Assembly (NCBI GenBank): GCA_964252035.1
Contig: OZ176201.1
Origin: Podarcis erhardii
Lineage: Eukaryota
Length of the DNA: 64,000 nucleotides
Direction: 5' to 3' (one strand)
The notes beneath the pieces were generated by a model. It worked only from the letters and a program-made list of their open reading frames with translations, searched no databases and had not been told where the DNA came from. The first letter of the stretch is position 1. Each line of letters begins with the position of its first letter. The translations under genes were made by a program, and so were the position numbers. Shown in pieces: positions 50,090-64,000 of this stretch.

Positions 50090-52881
50090 AATCCAGAGCC
50101 AAGCATAGGGCTGTCATTAGCACTTTTTCTTATCTTTGGGGTTGTTATTTCACTGCTTTTGTGCAAATTTAAAGCCTTGATTAAATGCTTAATTCTTTTT
50201 TGATCATTTGCTTTTGCTAAAGATTGCACAAAAAGGAGAAGAGCAACAGAGTAAGAGGGTGGGGTGGAGAGGGTGTCAGTTTGCAAGAGGGCTTTGCTTC
50301 CTTGCTTTCAGAGTTGTAGATGGTAAGCCAAGCCTGCTGAGATCATTTATGTGACAGATGTTTTGTGCTGCTGCTGCTGCCGCTGCTGCTCCTGCAGCCA
50401 CCACCACCCTGCTCTGTTTGCAGCATGCAATTCTGATAAGGTCGCTTATGTAGGACAGGACCAATTTCCAAGCTTATCAAGTGTCGCTGACTTTAGAAGC
50501 TGAGCACACAGCCCAGATAGGAGGAACCTGCCATCTGATCCTCCCTTCATGGCTTCTGGGAGAGTGAAGGGCTTTGCTTTATTTTGATCACTGAAAATAC
50601 AGGGCAGTGGCCTTGCACAAAACCGTCTGTGAAATCTACCACGAATGGAGCATTAGGCAGCCCTGCACACTCAGATCCTGGCTAGGAAGAGCCAAGGCAG
50701 TGCTGGTTGAAAGACACTTGTGCCTCCCCCCCCCCCAACAGCTACTCCTCTCTCCCATCTCTTTGTTCTTAAACATAAAGAACTCTGGAGGGGTGAGAAG
50801 GAAGTCACTTTGTGGGAAAACTTGGAATGGAGTGAAGTGGAGAGAAGAAACAGTATAACCAGGCATAGCTGTTGGGCTTTAGTTACATATGTCTGAGTGT
50901 CATTTTGAGGTATGGGAGGTAGTTTGGACATTCAGAAGGTGAGGGGATTTTAGGAATATACATTTGGCTTCTGAATCTTCACTTCTGTAAAATCTGGTGC
51001 TGGGGGTGTCTCTAGAAATATGGCTGGCTTGTGTGTCTGAAATTCTTCCTCCTTCTGAATTGACCTGCAGATTATCCAATTATTGCCTGCTGGGCTTGTG
51101 TTGACATGTGGTTTTTTTTCTAGACATTAGGATAGGAAGCAAGGAAAAAACCCATGTTTCAAACTGTGAGCATTTAGTTTTCAATGACAACCTTCGGTAG
51201 CTGCTGGTGAGAGCCATTGATTGGAGACGATAATTCCAATATGTGCATACTTAAAAGAAGAAGAAGATCTTAAAACATATCCTGCAGCATTGACCGTTCT
51301 GTTTGCTCTTCTTCTCCCCATTTCCCTCCCCCTGCACAGTATGCAAGACTACCCAAATGCAGGAATACTTCCTGTGATACTCTTAGATCTAATGTTAACT
51401 AACCTCATCAATGCAGATTCTTCTCCTTTTATCATTATTTATATACCACCACGAGTACACAAGACCTTAAAGGAGGATTGGACAACCTGCAGGTACCATT
51501 GGACTTTAGCTCCTAGCAGCCGTAGGCAACATGGCCAGTGAGCAAGAATGATGGGAGGCTAGCTCAACAACATATATAGGACCACAGGTTCCAAACTCAT
51601 GCTTTACAAAGTGACATAAGCAAAAGAAAAGTCTCTGCCCAGAGAAGCTAACAGTCTGACTTTAAACAAGAGTCTATTTAAGTTTTGTCCTGGACTTCTT
51701 GGGGGGGGGGTGTGGAATCTGTAGATGGAGATTCAAGACAGAGGATATTGTTAATGAAGAAAGAGAGTTACTTGTTTCCTGAGTATGGGGCACCTAAGCA
51801 ATCTCTGTAGACCAGAAGCCCTGATCAGATTTAGTCATTAATTACCTGCTTTATGGCTAGGGAGGCACTGAGATCCACTTTGGGATGTAGGAGTGCTCTG
51901 ACCAGCAAAATCTGAGGACAACTCAGCAGTCGCAGGAGCAGAATATATGTGGGAGAGGAGGAAATGCCCTTTTCTGATTTATTTATTTTTTTAAAAAATG
52001 ACACTCAAAACAAAACCAGGCATGCTTCAAATGGCATCACTAATCTCAGGGACAGACGGTAACATTTAAGACCATATGCAGAAAGTGCAAAAGATCAGAA
52101 TTTCCTGTGGGGACAGCTTGGTACACTCAGATCTATCCAGGAAGAATTTGGCTGTTACTCTCCAGCCAAGCCCAGCATTTTGGCAACTTTTCTTATGGAA
52201 AAAAAGGATGCCCAACTGAATTCTATGTTTCTTTTAATAAAACCAGAAAATGAGACTCGTGTGTGCACAGGATGGAAAAGAGTATGTATTAAATATACTC
52301 ATCCCCCCATGGAGATACTCTCTATGTATGCGCCTGTGCTACAGATTCAAGAGAATCTTATATAGTAGGCTTTGCAAGCACTGTAAAAGGGAGAAAAATA
52401 AAGTATCATATATATATTTGAGGCAAGTCAGTCAAAAATTGGTTGATATGTACGTGTTTGACAATAGATCCACAGAGAGCAGAAGGCCAAAGAATGACTT
52501 TTAAATGGCAAGGGGGGATGGGGGACAACCCCATTGCCTTAGAAACATCCAGAGTGGAGAGATTATTGGTCAAAGAAGTTGTATACAGGATGGATACATG
52601 TACAGACATGTATGGGATGCAACAGACTTTTGAAAGGACTTGCACGTTATTGCTTTATCCTCTAAATCATCACTAAATGGTGATGGCTGGAAAGAAACTC
52701 TCCCCAAACGGCAATTCTCAATAATTAGAATGTGGGAGGACAGAGAAGACAGTTCTCACTTTGAAAGTGAATTTTCCTGGTTGCTGCTAAAGTCCACTGA
52801 CTGTCGGGACAGTTTTGCTAAGTACTTGTGACCCTTAGGTGTTATACAGAACTTGAAATACCGAGTCAAAGGAACTCTTAA

Positions 52882-53184
<303 letters not shown>

Positions 53185-55894
53185 TGAGCATTTCTCTCAG
53201 AACATGTTAAAGTGTCTTGTTAAACATGTTAAAGTGCTGAGGCAAGCTTTGGTGTTATACAGAACTTGACCTGGGGGGGCGGGGAGGGGAAATGTGAATG
53301 ACTCACAGACTTCCCTTTTCATACTTCACCCTTTGCATATTATACTCTAATATAATGTAAGATAGCCTTTGCCACCCTTGTACCTTCCACATGTTTTGAC
53401 AACAACTCCCCTCAGGCCTAGCCATGTTTGCTGGGGCTGATGGGAGTGGTCATCCAAAACATCTAGGAGAAGCAGGTTGGCAAAGGATGATGTAGGATGA
53501 TGAGCCGTCGCAGGCTATCATGAGATGTAGTTCTATAGACCAGGGTGGGCAGAAGGAAGACCTCCTGCTAGATCTCTGAGTGAGATGCATCAACAAGAGT
53601 GTGAGCCAAGAGTGTGCATCTGAGAGATCCATCAACATGGATTTCTCACTCCTGGTTTTTTAACAGTAGCAGCAACAAAAGGAATTTTCCTACCTAAATT
53701 TGGTTGCTGAAATGAATTAAAATTAAGCAGAAGTGGACTTTTATGTGGAAAAAAACCTGAACTCAGTTCAATTCTGCTACCAATAGTAAATTCCATGGCT
53801 CAGAGGCACCCTGTTCTTTCATTCTTATGTACGTCTTTTGCATCTGGCCCTGGCTGGTAGATATTGAGGTTCTGGGGGAGAAACAAAAGTAGATTCAACA
53901 AGCCTACCTCTACTGTAGACTACTAGTATTTTAAATTTCTTGAACTCATGATATTACTCCTGTGTCACGTGGCAAAGAAATAGTCATTATTTTCTGCTGC
54001 AGAGCAGCTTAGAGGAGTTCAGTGGACAGAGGAAGATAAGTGCCTTGCCCGTGCCAAGGAGCTTGCAAATAATTTGATAAGGGAGTCAGTGCTAAAGTAG
54101 TTTGGATCTTACTCTGTAAACAGGTCTATGCATATTTTACGATTCTGTGCTCAGACCTTGCAAGGAAATAAATTGTTATTGGGTGGAAAATTCAATAACC
54201 CAAGAATCTTCCCCCTCTCCCTTCTGTCTTTAAAAAAATAATAAGAAAATTGAAGCCATCAAGGTTTCAGAGATGGGCTTGAGGGTGTGTGGGCAACACA
54301 TGGTAAGAGCTTAGAAACCAGAGGTGGGTCTTTGCCTTTAAATGTTTCTTCTACACAGCCTTATTTTGTGAGTCAGATAATCAAACCATTGGGGGGAACA
54401 GCCTCCTGCCTTGGAATTAGATGCATAGTAGAGAAAACTTGTTTGTTTCAGAACTCAGAAGATGTCCTATTTCTGCGTTTTAGCTTAAGAACAGTCTCAC
54501 TCTGTGAGAGCTGGCGTCATTTTAAAATCCGAGTGCTAGAAATGGCAGCTGTTTCATTAATTAAAACTACTTATCACTGAAGGTTTAATGTAGATTTTTG
54601 CCACTTCTCACTGCACCCTGCATTACTTCCACTCTCACTGGCAGTATCCTTGCATCCTTGGCTGCCGACCGCAGCAAGTCATTGCCTGTATTCTTGCATC
54701 TCAACCAGCAGTCTGTCCCACAAACCCTGCATTTTACAAATCTCGTAAATGCTCCTGGATGGTCCTGAGGTTGTTAATAGCAAACGCTTTCACCCTACAT
54801 CCAAAATGACTATGGGCCTTCTCCTGTTGCCCCTTAAACACTATCTGATGTTTTGAATGGATGGCATCAGGAGCAGGCTTCCTTGCTCATGGGTCCAAGA
54901 GAGAGGTGTTCTCTTCCTATTTGCTTTTGCATTGGGCTCTACCTTCCCTTGTCATTATTTTCCAATCATTTATTCAGGGCAGATCCACACCACTCCTCCC
55001 AGGTGATTGTTGGGATGGGTTAATATCAGAGCCCAGCAGATTTTCTTAAGCAAAGAACCTCAAGACAGGTGAGGGAAGAGTGTGAGCCAAGGGCAGCATT
55101 CCAGCTCCACTCTGCATCTGCTCTGCTCCATCAATTTTTAAATGGTAGCTAGATAGGTCTCCTGTATCACAGGCCAATGAATATTGAAAGAAACACCAGC
55201 TGCAGAACCAGTGCAATTATTAAACTTACACCACGGTGTCTGTCGCTGTGCTTCCCCTTCTTTGTCCTCTAGCAATCCAGTCCTTGAAAAGTTGTTCCTA
55301 ATGAAAGCCAATATTTAGAATAACAGCATATTAAGAAAATATATTTAAGATTCCTTATCTGATCATGGGCCATTTGGAACAGTGTGTTGCCAAAGACACA
55401 AATGAATATCCTTTCAGAGTGTTCAGCCTAGGATTAGGTCCAATTCACACTTTACAGAGAAGTTGCATATGCTGTGTATATACTTGTTTTTGCATTAGAC
55501 ACCATTAGCACATGAAGGGAAGATGCATATCTGTATGCAGGCAATGAACATGTGCCTGAGATGAGTTCCTTTGCCAGCATCTCCCCACTGCATATTCCTG
55601 CATGTTTGAAAATGTGCTTTACATGTCATGTTGGTGTACCTGTGGCAAACAGAACTGCCGCGTGCAGTGTAAAACTGAGAGGGTCTGTAATACCCTTGTT
55701 AAGTGAATGAGCTCAGGAGCCAAAGGATGGTGACTTAAAAGAATATAGTGTGTGAATTAGCTCTTATTGCGAGTCTAGTCGTGGTGGATATAGCAAAATC
55801 TATCTAAAAACGGAGGGAATTTTCAAATGTGCAGTGAACTGAGCAGGAATTTGAACTTAGTTCTCCCGGATCCTAGTTCAATACTTTAACCATC

Positions 55895-57284
55895 TTTCTT
55901 CCTTTCTTCTTTGGTGATCATTCATAGCCGAGTAAGATTGTCTTCCATGGACACGGTTTTAACAATGAGTTCGCAAGTGACTGTGGAGGCCAATTCTGGA
56001 CCCACACGTCCTTCCACAGTGGGGACATTGGTTTCTGGGTGGGAGTTGATCACGGTGTGGATTTGCCAAGCGTGCCTTCCTCTTAGTATGTTTCTCCCTT
56101 GCGTCCTGAGTTTGAGTGTCTTCAAAGCCCATGACACCTTTGGTAAAGGCTGTTCTCCAACTGGAGCGCTCGCAGGCCAGTGTTTCCTAGTTGTCAGTTT
56201 TTATACTACATTTTTTTAGATTTGCCTCGAGATAGTCTTTAAACCTCTTTTGTTGACCACCAGCTTTATGCTTTCCATTTTTAAGTTCGGAATAGAGTAG
56301 TGGCTTTGGAAGACGATCATCAGGCATCTGCACAACATGACCAGTCCAACGAAGTTGATGTTGAAGAATCATTGCTTCAACACTGGTGATCTTTGCTTCT
56401 TCCAATACACTGAAATTAGTTTGCCTGTCTTCCCAAGTGATGTGTAAAATTTTTCGGAGATACCGTTGATGGAATCTTTCGAGGAGTTGGAGATGGCGTT
56501 TATAAGTGGTCCATGTTTCACAAGCATATAGTAAGGTTGGTAGTACAATAGCTTTGTAAACAAGCATTTTGGTTTCCCTTCAAATGTCCTGGTCCTCAAA
56601 CGATCTGCACTTCAGTCGGGAGAAAGCCAGACTCGCAGAGCTCAGACAGTGCTGGATTTCGGCATCAGTGTTGGCCCTTGTGGAAAGATAACTGTCTAAG
56701 TAGGAGAAGAAGTCAACATTTCCCAATGTTACACCATTGAGTTGGATTTGTGGCGCTGCAGAGGGATTATTTTGTACTTGTTGGTGTAGCACTTTGGGGT
56801 TTTTTGGATGTTGAGTGATAGGCCAAGCTTTTCATAAGCTTCTGCAAAGATATTTAGGATGGTTTGGAGGTCATCCTCTGAGCGTGCGCACACTACGTTG
56901 TCATCAGCATACTGAAGCTCTATGATAAAAGTTACAGTAACCTTACTCTTTGCTTTCAGCCTGCTCAGATTGAAGAGCTTCCCATCTGTTGGATATATGA
57001 TTCCTGCTCCGGTGGGGAGTTTCCCTTCAACAAAGTGTAGTATCATGGCAATGAAAATAATGAATAGAGTTGGGGCAATAACACAACCCTGTTTAACACC
57101 TGAGCCCACTGTGAATGGTTCACTTTGAGAGCCATTGTTATCTGTGATTGTTGCTGTCATATTATCATGGAGGAGCTGAATGATGTTTACAAATTTATCT
57201 GGGCAGCCAATTTTCAGAAGGACAGTCCACAGGGCATTACGATCTACAGTGTCGAAAGCCTTAGTCAGGTCAATAAACACCATC
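55895..57284 (-). mobile_element. RTE-clade LINE, 5'-truncated (about 1.4 kb), with RT domain and C-terminal C2H2 zinc finger; inactivated
   Basis: RT motifs FIDLTKAFDTV, GVKQGCVIAPTLF, LQYADD; downstream LLYACETW, LRWTGHV, LPKPLLYSEL; terminal QCPHCGRTCGSRIGLHSHLRTHC* (stop 55959-55961); (GAA)n-like tail; frameshifts and internal stops. Confidence 0.93.
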
Positions 57285-57644
57285 ACAGCACACTTGTTCC
57301 TATAGGGTTGTCACTTTCAGAACATAAGCCAGACCCACACACTGTTTGATCCATCAACCAGAACACAGCCTGCTGCCAAAGGCAGGCTGCAGCAGCAGGA
57401 AATTAACTGGGCAATGGGCTGCATTTAGCTTGTTGGGTCACAAGTTGTGCAGGCCTCAGTTTTTATGGGAAAGTGAAAGAGAAGGTTTATGGGCATTGAT
57501 AATGTGCTTCCTCGTGCAAGCACAATCTGCTCTTCTAGGAAAACAAAGTCAGGGAAACTCTCCATTTAATCAGAGCAGAAGGTGAAAATCGGCAGGAATT
57601 ATATTTGAGCCGACTACGTGAGAAATAAGAAAAAAAAAAAATTA

Positions 57645-58027
57645 GAGACGCGGGTGGCGCTGTGGTCTAAACCACTGAGCCTCTTGGGCTTGCCGATCAG
57701 AAGGTCGGTGTTTCAAATCTCTGTGACGGGGTGAGCTCCTGTTGCTCGGTCCCAGCTCCTGCCAACCTAGCAGTTCGAAAGCACGCCCAAAAGTGCAAGT
57801 AGATAAATAGGTACCGCTGCGGCAGGCAGGTAAACAGCGTTCCTGTGCGCTGCTCTGGTGTCGGTGTTCCGTTGCGCCAGAAGCGGCTTAGTCATGCTCG
57901 CCATATGACCCGGAAAAACTGTCTGCGGAACGGGCAAACATCAGCTCCCTCGGCCAATAAAGTGAGATGAGCGCTGCAACCCCAGAGTCATTCATGACTG
58001 GACTTGACTGTCAGGGGTCCCTTTACC
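57645..58027 (+). mobile_element. Sauria SINE, near full length
   Basis: Head gagacgcgggtggcgctgtggt (A box), gtttcaaatc (B-box-like), body cctgccaacctagcagttcgaaagc / agtagataaataggtacc, tail ggtccctttacc. Confidence 0.9.
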
Positions 58028-58715
58028 GGTTTTTTAGACTGCATCAACCACAGGCAAGGTGGTTTCTCTCAAAGCAATCTGCAGTAATTAACTCTTCCCT
58101 CCTGCCTGATACTCCCATTGTTTCATGGGAATTCCACTCAAAATCTGTGCAGCTTTTGGTGGGATTTTGATTGTTTTGGCTTTGCTATTTTCAATAACAC
58201 CCCATAGCCCCTCCCTTCTGCTCCCTTATAGCAATGAGGAGGCAGTTTCCTTCTTGAGGTCATTAGTGTCGCTTGTACTTTTGTGAGCATTTGAATATGA
58301 AATAACTGATCTGATGATTAATAGATGGAGCAGCCAAAAAGGCATAAATAAAGAATTTCAATCAGAGCCACCTGCATATTTTTCTCCATTTTAAGGAAGA
58401 AATGTGCATAGTTTTAAATATTGTTTGATAAGTATGTTAAGGTGAATCTTAATTTTTGTATCTGAGCTATGTTTTCGTGGGTATGAGGTGATGAATAGTG
58501 AAGGCAGTCAACACAGACTCAATTCTTACAGCCCTGTCTCTGTATTCTAATCTGCTCATGTCTCTGGTGATCAAGCCCTGAGCCTCCACCAGCAGCTCTC
58601 TCTGTCTACCTACAACTCTCTACGGTTTCAGTCGTATCTTCTTCCCAGCTCTCCCTTTGGCCTTGGCCTTGATCTCCTCATTCTGGGCTCCTTCTGCTTT
58701 GAAATACTTTGGCTT

Positions 58716-58733
58716 TGTGTGTGTGTGTGTGTG

Positions 58734-58796
<63 letters not shown>
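58716..58796. repeat. Compound (TG)n(AG)n microsatellite
   Basis: Directly visible. Confidence 0.95.
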
Positions 58797-58797
<1 letters not shown>

Positions 58798-60040
58798 CTG
58801 ATGTGAATAGGAAAATATATTGAAACTTCCTTCCTTTCTGCCGTCCCCCAGTTTGCCATGTGATGTGCTTTAGACTGGAACTCTTCCTTCCTAGATGACA
58901 ATGTCTTTAGTCATGGACAAAAAGCAACACAATGATCATATAATGAGAACATACATTCTGGAAATGCAAGAAGGTTCACTTGCAGTTAAATGCAATTACT
59001 AAGCATCTGCACTCTGGAGTAGTATGTATAAATATAAAATCCAAATCTTATATTGTCACTATATAATAGCACATCAATGGGAAGCTAGTATGACGCCGTT
59101 TCTTTAGAAAACCTTAACGAGGATCCACTGATATATTGACATATGAATAATTCATTTTTTGTTATATTCAGCGGTTCCTCCAACTCATGCAGACATTGGG
59201 AACTTGGCAAACCCCAGAATCGCAAGAGTTTTAGTTTTCCATTAAATGTCAGTATACCAATATACACTGCTGCAGATCCTCATGATGTCACTACATTGAT
59301 CTGTTTAACATGGTCCCACACTCAGACGGAGGGAAGCGAGATTCCTTAGCTCTTTCTTAGCATATCTCTGCCGGGTCAAGTATTATGGTGTGCTAGAAAT
59401 GATAAGTGAGAAACAAGTGCAATAAAACCGAGCCTCTCAGATGCAGATAAAATTTGGGCTCTTTTTATCCTACCTTTCTCACAATACTAAAGAGGAGGAA
59501 GAAGCTTTTCATTGATCACACTCTCTCACATGCAGTGGAATTTATAGAAATTGCTCTCCCCATATTTTGCTGTAATAGAAACCCATGACTGCTGTGGATG
59601 GGACAGGCATTTGAATTGCAGCTTAGAGATGTAAAAAATAAAACAAAAACCCTGTTTGAAAAAAAACTGCAACATATTCTAGACTCATGCATGTGAGTCT
59701 AAGCTGAAATTGGTTGTAGACCTCCCCTCCACAACCTATTGCAAGAAAACAAACAAAACCCATCTTAATCTTTCAATTGGGGTATAATCAATGACAAGAG
59801 GCAACTCAGCTCACTACTAGACCAGACCAGAGATTGCAATGATGCTTGGCAGCATTGTCTAAGCATCATTTAAGCTTCTGGAGGCTGTCTTCCTTTGTGG
59901 GGAATAAGCTGGGCCAGTTGCTCTTCCCCCCCGCCCCAATTTTGGAAATACTATATGTTCCTCTTTTCCTTTTTAAGGGGAGGCAATGTCTACCACCTGG
60001 TTTTGGAGTTGGTCAGTGTGAGCTCTGTCATGGATGCTTT

Positions 60041-60121
60041 AGCTGAGATTCTTGCATTGCAGGGGGTTGGAGTAGGTCACCTTTGGGATCCCTTCCAACT
60101 CTACAGTTCTGTGATTCTATG
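60041..60121 (+). mobile_element. CR1 3' terminus; a shorter antisense copy lies at 35532-35560
   Basis: gattcttgcattgcagggggttgg...cccttccaactctacagttctgtgattctatg, ending in the CR1 ATTCTRTG repeat. Confidence 0.8.
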
Positions 60122-60565
60122 TTCAATTATGTATGGCTGTTACAGAGTACTTTCCAGCTGAGATTATTCACTGATATACAAAAGTATTTCAAAATAGTTC
60201 AGAGTTTTCTTGCCTTTTCCAGCTATTGCTCTCCTACAAAACATTAACTGGGAAGCTTTGTGAATTCCATTAAACTCAGTGAAAATACAGATCCTTGAAC
60301 TCTTTAGAAATGCGGAGCAAGGGCCAGAAGATGATTCTGGGGAGCAGTCTCTGGAGATTTGCTGATGGAGGTTGGGTCAACTCTTTTTCTTTAGCTGTAT
60401 TTTTATTGCTGTGGCCAGCAGGAGTCCAGGTTTTACTCTAATGAGCTCTGTGGGGGCAAAGTGGGATTGGCTGTTGCCAGGACTATCTTTAGATTTTGTC
60501 ATGGCAACCCCCGTGTTCTGGCTACCTTCCTCTTTGCTTTGAGGTTCCTGCCTTTCATGGTTTGA

Positions 60566-60772
<207 letters not shown>

Positions 60773-62269
60773 TGAGGCTGGGGAAAAGATTTGGGTGCTT
60801 GATTTGTAAGAACCATTGCTTGTGTCTTGGGAATCGGGAACACCAAGGTTTGGGAGGGCTGGTTCCACATTTGGTATACCCCAATTTTCTGCAAAACCAA
60901 GCAAACAATTGTTACCAGTCTTCCTATTCTTTGCTATCACCACAGGGACTTCTAGATAACATTTAGAGAACTTGGATGTGTTTAGAAGTCACTCTGATGC
61001 ACTGTTCCACTCACTTTCCTGATATCCCCAACCCTTTCCCCCCTTCATGATAAACCAGTTTAGTGCAGAGGTGGGTTAATGGTTTTAGGGAGGTGCTGAT
61101 AGAAGGAGGGACTGAACGGCTGAAGGATGATGGAACAGCGTAAACAATTGAATTCCTACATGGAAGGGAAACAAAAAAAATGGCAATTGTCATTGTTCAA
61201 CCAGAATTGTTGTGGCACTGAATTACAGTATTTCCCAGGATCTCAGTGGAGGTGGCATGGCTGCAGCTGCATTAAGTTGGTGCAAGGTTCCCTCCCCGCC
61301 CATTACAGCTCATTAGTATGTAGCACATTTCTTCCTTTGGTCTTGTCTGCTGGAGAAAAATCAGTAGGCACAAACAGATTCAGGTACATTCCGTGGAGGT
61401 AAAACCTGCAGGCCCTGCCTAGCCCCGAGCTACGAGCTGCTGCACCATGGATGAATTATGGCTGCCATTGCCTGGCACTGCTGTGGCCCATGTGTCAGGG
61501 GAGCTGTAGTTTACCCGCACTCCAGAAGGAAACCCAGGTTAATGACAGTTACATAGACCTGTTTGTCAGTCAAAAGTGATGCTTCACTGGGATCTTGCCA
61601 GACTTTCACTCAGCAAGTCATTGTGGCGCAGAGCTGTTTTTCGTGGGATACCATCCCTCATTAAGATAAAGAAAGCTTGAATTGTTTCCAAGCAAGTTGA
61701 GAGCTATGCAGAGACTGCAAGTGATCGGCCACTGAGAGGTGATTTATGTTATCGCTTACATGCACTTCGCTCTTTGCCTCTGTCTAGGGACGTCCCATAT
61801 CTATAAACGTATATCGCTACTGTAGAGCATATATCACTTTGCAAGGATGTAAGGAGAACAGTGCTTTGTTGCTGTTTAAACATTTTTTTCTTAAAACCCA
61901 GCTCTGTATATCCTTGTTTCGGTGTACTGTCTAATCGCCATTGCGTTAAGTTGGTCCTATGGGCGACAATGTTTACTTAATTCTAGCTACAGCTCTTGCA
62001 TGAGCCAGGTGAGGGAATAATTTAGGAGAGCTCAGGTGGTGAAGTCATGGAATACATGAGTTTGTTGGGAGAAAGGCTAGATATGGAAGGAACCCATTCC
62101 TAATATACTGCTGCCTCTGCCACAGACTCTCAGCTGTAGAGGCTGCCTGAAGCTTGGGATGGGGTTTGGCTCCTTTCCAACACCAAGGGATTCTGTAGCC
62201 AGAAGCTTTTTTATTTTATTTTTGCAGCTCTTCTGCAGAAGCCTCAAAGTTCTGCAATAGCCCACTCTT

Positions 62270-62440
62270 TAAGGAAGGGTTGTGGATCATGCTTTGCATG
62301 AGAAAGGTCCTGTGTTCAATTCGCAGCATCTCCAGGTATGACTGCGAAGAAGCCCTGCCTGAAACCCAGAGGAGCTGCTGCTGGTCAGACAGTTCTGAGA
62401 TAGATGGACCAATGACTTGACTCAGGCAACCTCATATATT
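62270..62440 (+). mobile_element. tRNA-derived squamate SINE, decayed
   Basis: catgctttgcatgagaaaggtcctgtgttcaattc...gcatctccaggt...cctgcctgaaaccc...gatggaccaatgacttgactcag. Confidence 0.65.
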
Positions 62441-64000
62441 AGTATCTTTACTGGGTCTGTGACAGTACAATAAAGATAATAATTCTTGAATTTATATTCT
62501 AGAGTTTTTAGGAGACCCCTGTTCCCTTCACAGAACTTAACATTCAGCCAGGGATCTCTGGGAATTGTAGCTCTGCGAGGGGAACAGGGGGTCTCAGTTC
62601 TCAGCATCTTTAATAAACGGCACTACCCAGGATTCTTTGGGGAAAGCCATGACTGTTAAAGTAGTATCGTAGTGCTTTAAATATAGCCTTAGCCTTAAAT
62701 GTAAAGTTCCTATATAGCCATGACCAAGAGAAGGCTCCATGTAGCGTTTCAAGCAAAGGTGCACAAGTTTTTGAGAATGTGGTGCTGTGTGGTCTGGTCT
62801 GGAAATACACCTCAAGCTGTGTGTAGGAGACACCGGGAGCCCATGTGGTGCTTTAAAAAACCCCCAAAAAGTCTCTCCTTCAAAAATATCTCTGTGCACT
62901 GAGCTCCTGGAATAGATAAATTGCATTCCAAGCTGGATAAAGGAAGGGTTGACTTCATGCTGCTGGAATTTGGCAGCGCCATTTGTCACCACCCAAATCC
63001 AATGGACTGGCTCTTTCCATTCCTCCATTCCTTGTGCATGCAAGCACAAGTATATAAATCTGTCCTGCAGGTTAGTTACCAAGCTCTTAGAGCTGCTTTG
63101 AGGAAGAGGAGCAGGATCACATCAGTTGCTGAAGTTCATTTCCATGCAGCGTTCTCCTTTCCTCTTCCCACATCTCTGAAAGGTACAAAGCAATCGAGCC
63201 TACCAGAACGGTTGCCATTGCAGATGGTCATTAGTGAGCCAACATATACCAAGTTCTAATGATAATACACACACACACACACACACACACACAGGCAATG
63301 TTGTTTTATGTGCTTAAGCTTCTGGAAAGCATGGTCCTTGGATACATTTGAACATTGATCCCCGCTGCCCCCAGATTTTCTGCATTCGGAGAAATGGGCT
63401 CTACAGTCTCAGGGCAGCGTTCTTTCACAGCACAGATCAGAGTACACATGTGGTGGCTTTTCCCCAATTGATTTGGGGACAAAATATTTAATCCGCTATC
63501 CTTAATAACTAAGCAAACTGTCCCTAAATCTCCTGTACTTGCTCTTGCTGCCCATTTACCAGCCCAAGGCTGCTCCATAGAGACATTTTGACTTTCCTCC
63601 TGACAGCTGCTTGCATGGCTATTGGGGGGATGGAAAAGGCCTGATTTTATGCTTGAATCATGGTGCCAGTGCATGTGGCAAATAGATTTATCAGAAAAGT
63701 TTATTCGTGTGAATTGTCTTGAGTATGGACCAGGCAAAGCCTGATGCTTTTGCTGTCACCCAATTTCCCTTCCTCTCATTTATAAGCGATTCAGTGGAGG
63801 AATTCCTCCCATCTGCTACCCAGATGGTCTTCTGGAAAGACTCAATATAACAGTGACCCCAGGCCATTGCCTCACCTTCCACCAAGCCTTTTCTTCCTCC
63901 CCTTTCCACCTTTACTCAAGATATATAAGAAACTGTGACCCATTATTTTGTTCTTTTAATCTCCTTTGCCGCTTGCTTGCTTGCTTTGTGCTTGTGTGTT

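Noticed and set aside
49948-50464. ORFs with poly-Cys, poly-Thr or poly-Ala runs
   Set aside because: Translations of the (AAC)n and (GCT)n microsatellites.

Overview
Vertebrate genomic DNA, most likely a squamate and probably a lacertid lizard. That assignment is inferred from a full-length Sauria SINE, BovB/RTE LINEs and lizard-type MITEs. The whole window lies inside one + strand gene, PLXNA1 (plexin A1). I traced 14 consecutive GT-AG coding exons (1290-60739; 2244 nt, 748 codons, no stops, phases all compatible). They run from the PSI/IPT ectodomain through the transmembrane helix into the first half of the cytoplasmic GAP domain; both ends of the gene are outside the window. About 96% of the window is intron containing LINE fragments (L2, CR1, RTE/BovB), SINEs, Tc1/mariner- and hAT-type MITEs and microsatellites. 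The most unusual items are: (1) a Penelope-like terminal-repeat remnant inside an (AT)n tract, carrying a minimal hammerhead-ribozyme core disabled at one base, with its second copy starting at the predicted self-cleavage site; (2) interlocked, mutually exclusive hairpins just after an exon; (3) a perfect spacer-less 76-bp palindrome; (4) a 51-nt scrambled micro-SINE insertion. I found no evidence for a new protein-coding system. Gene and repeat-family names come from recalled sequences, not database searches.
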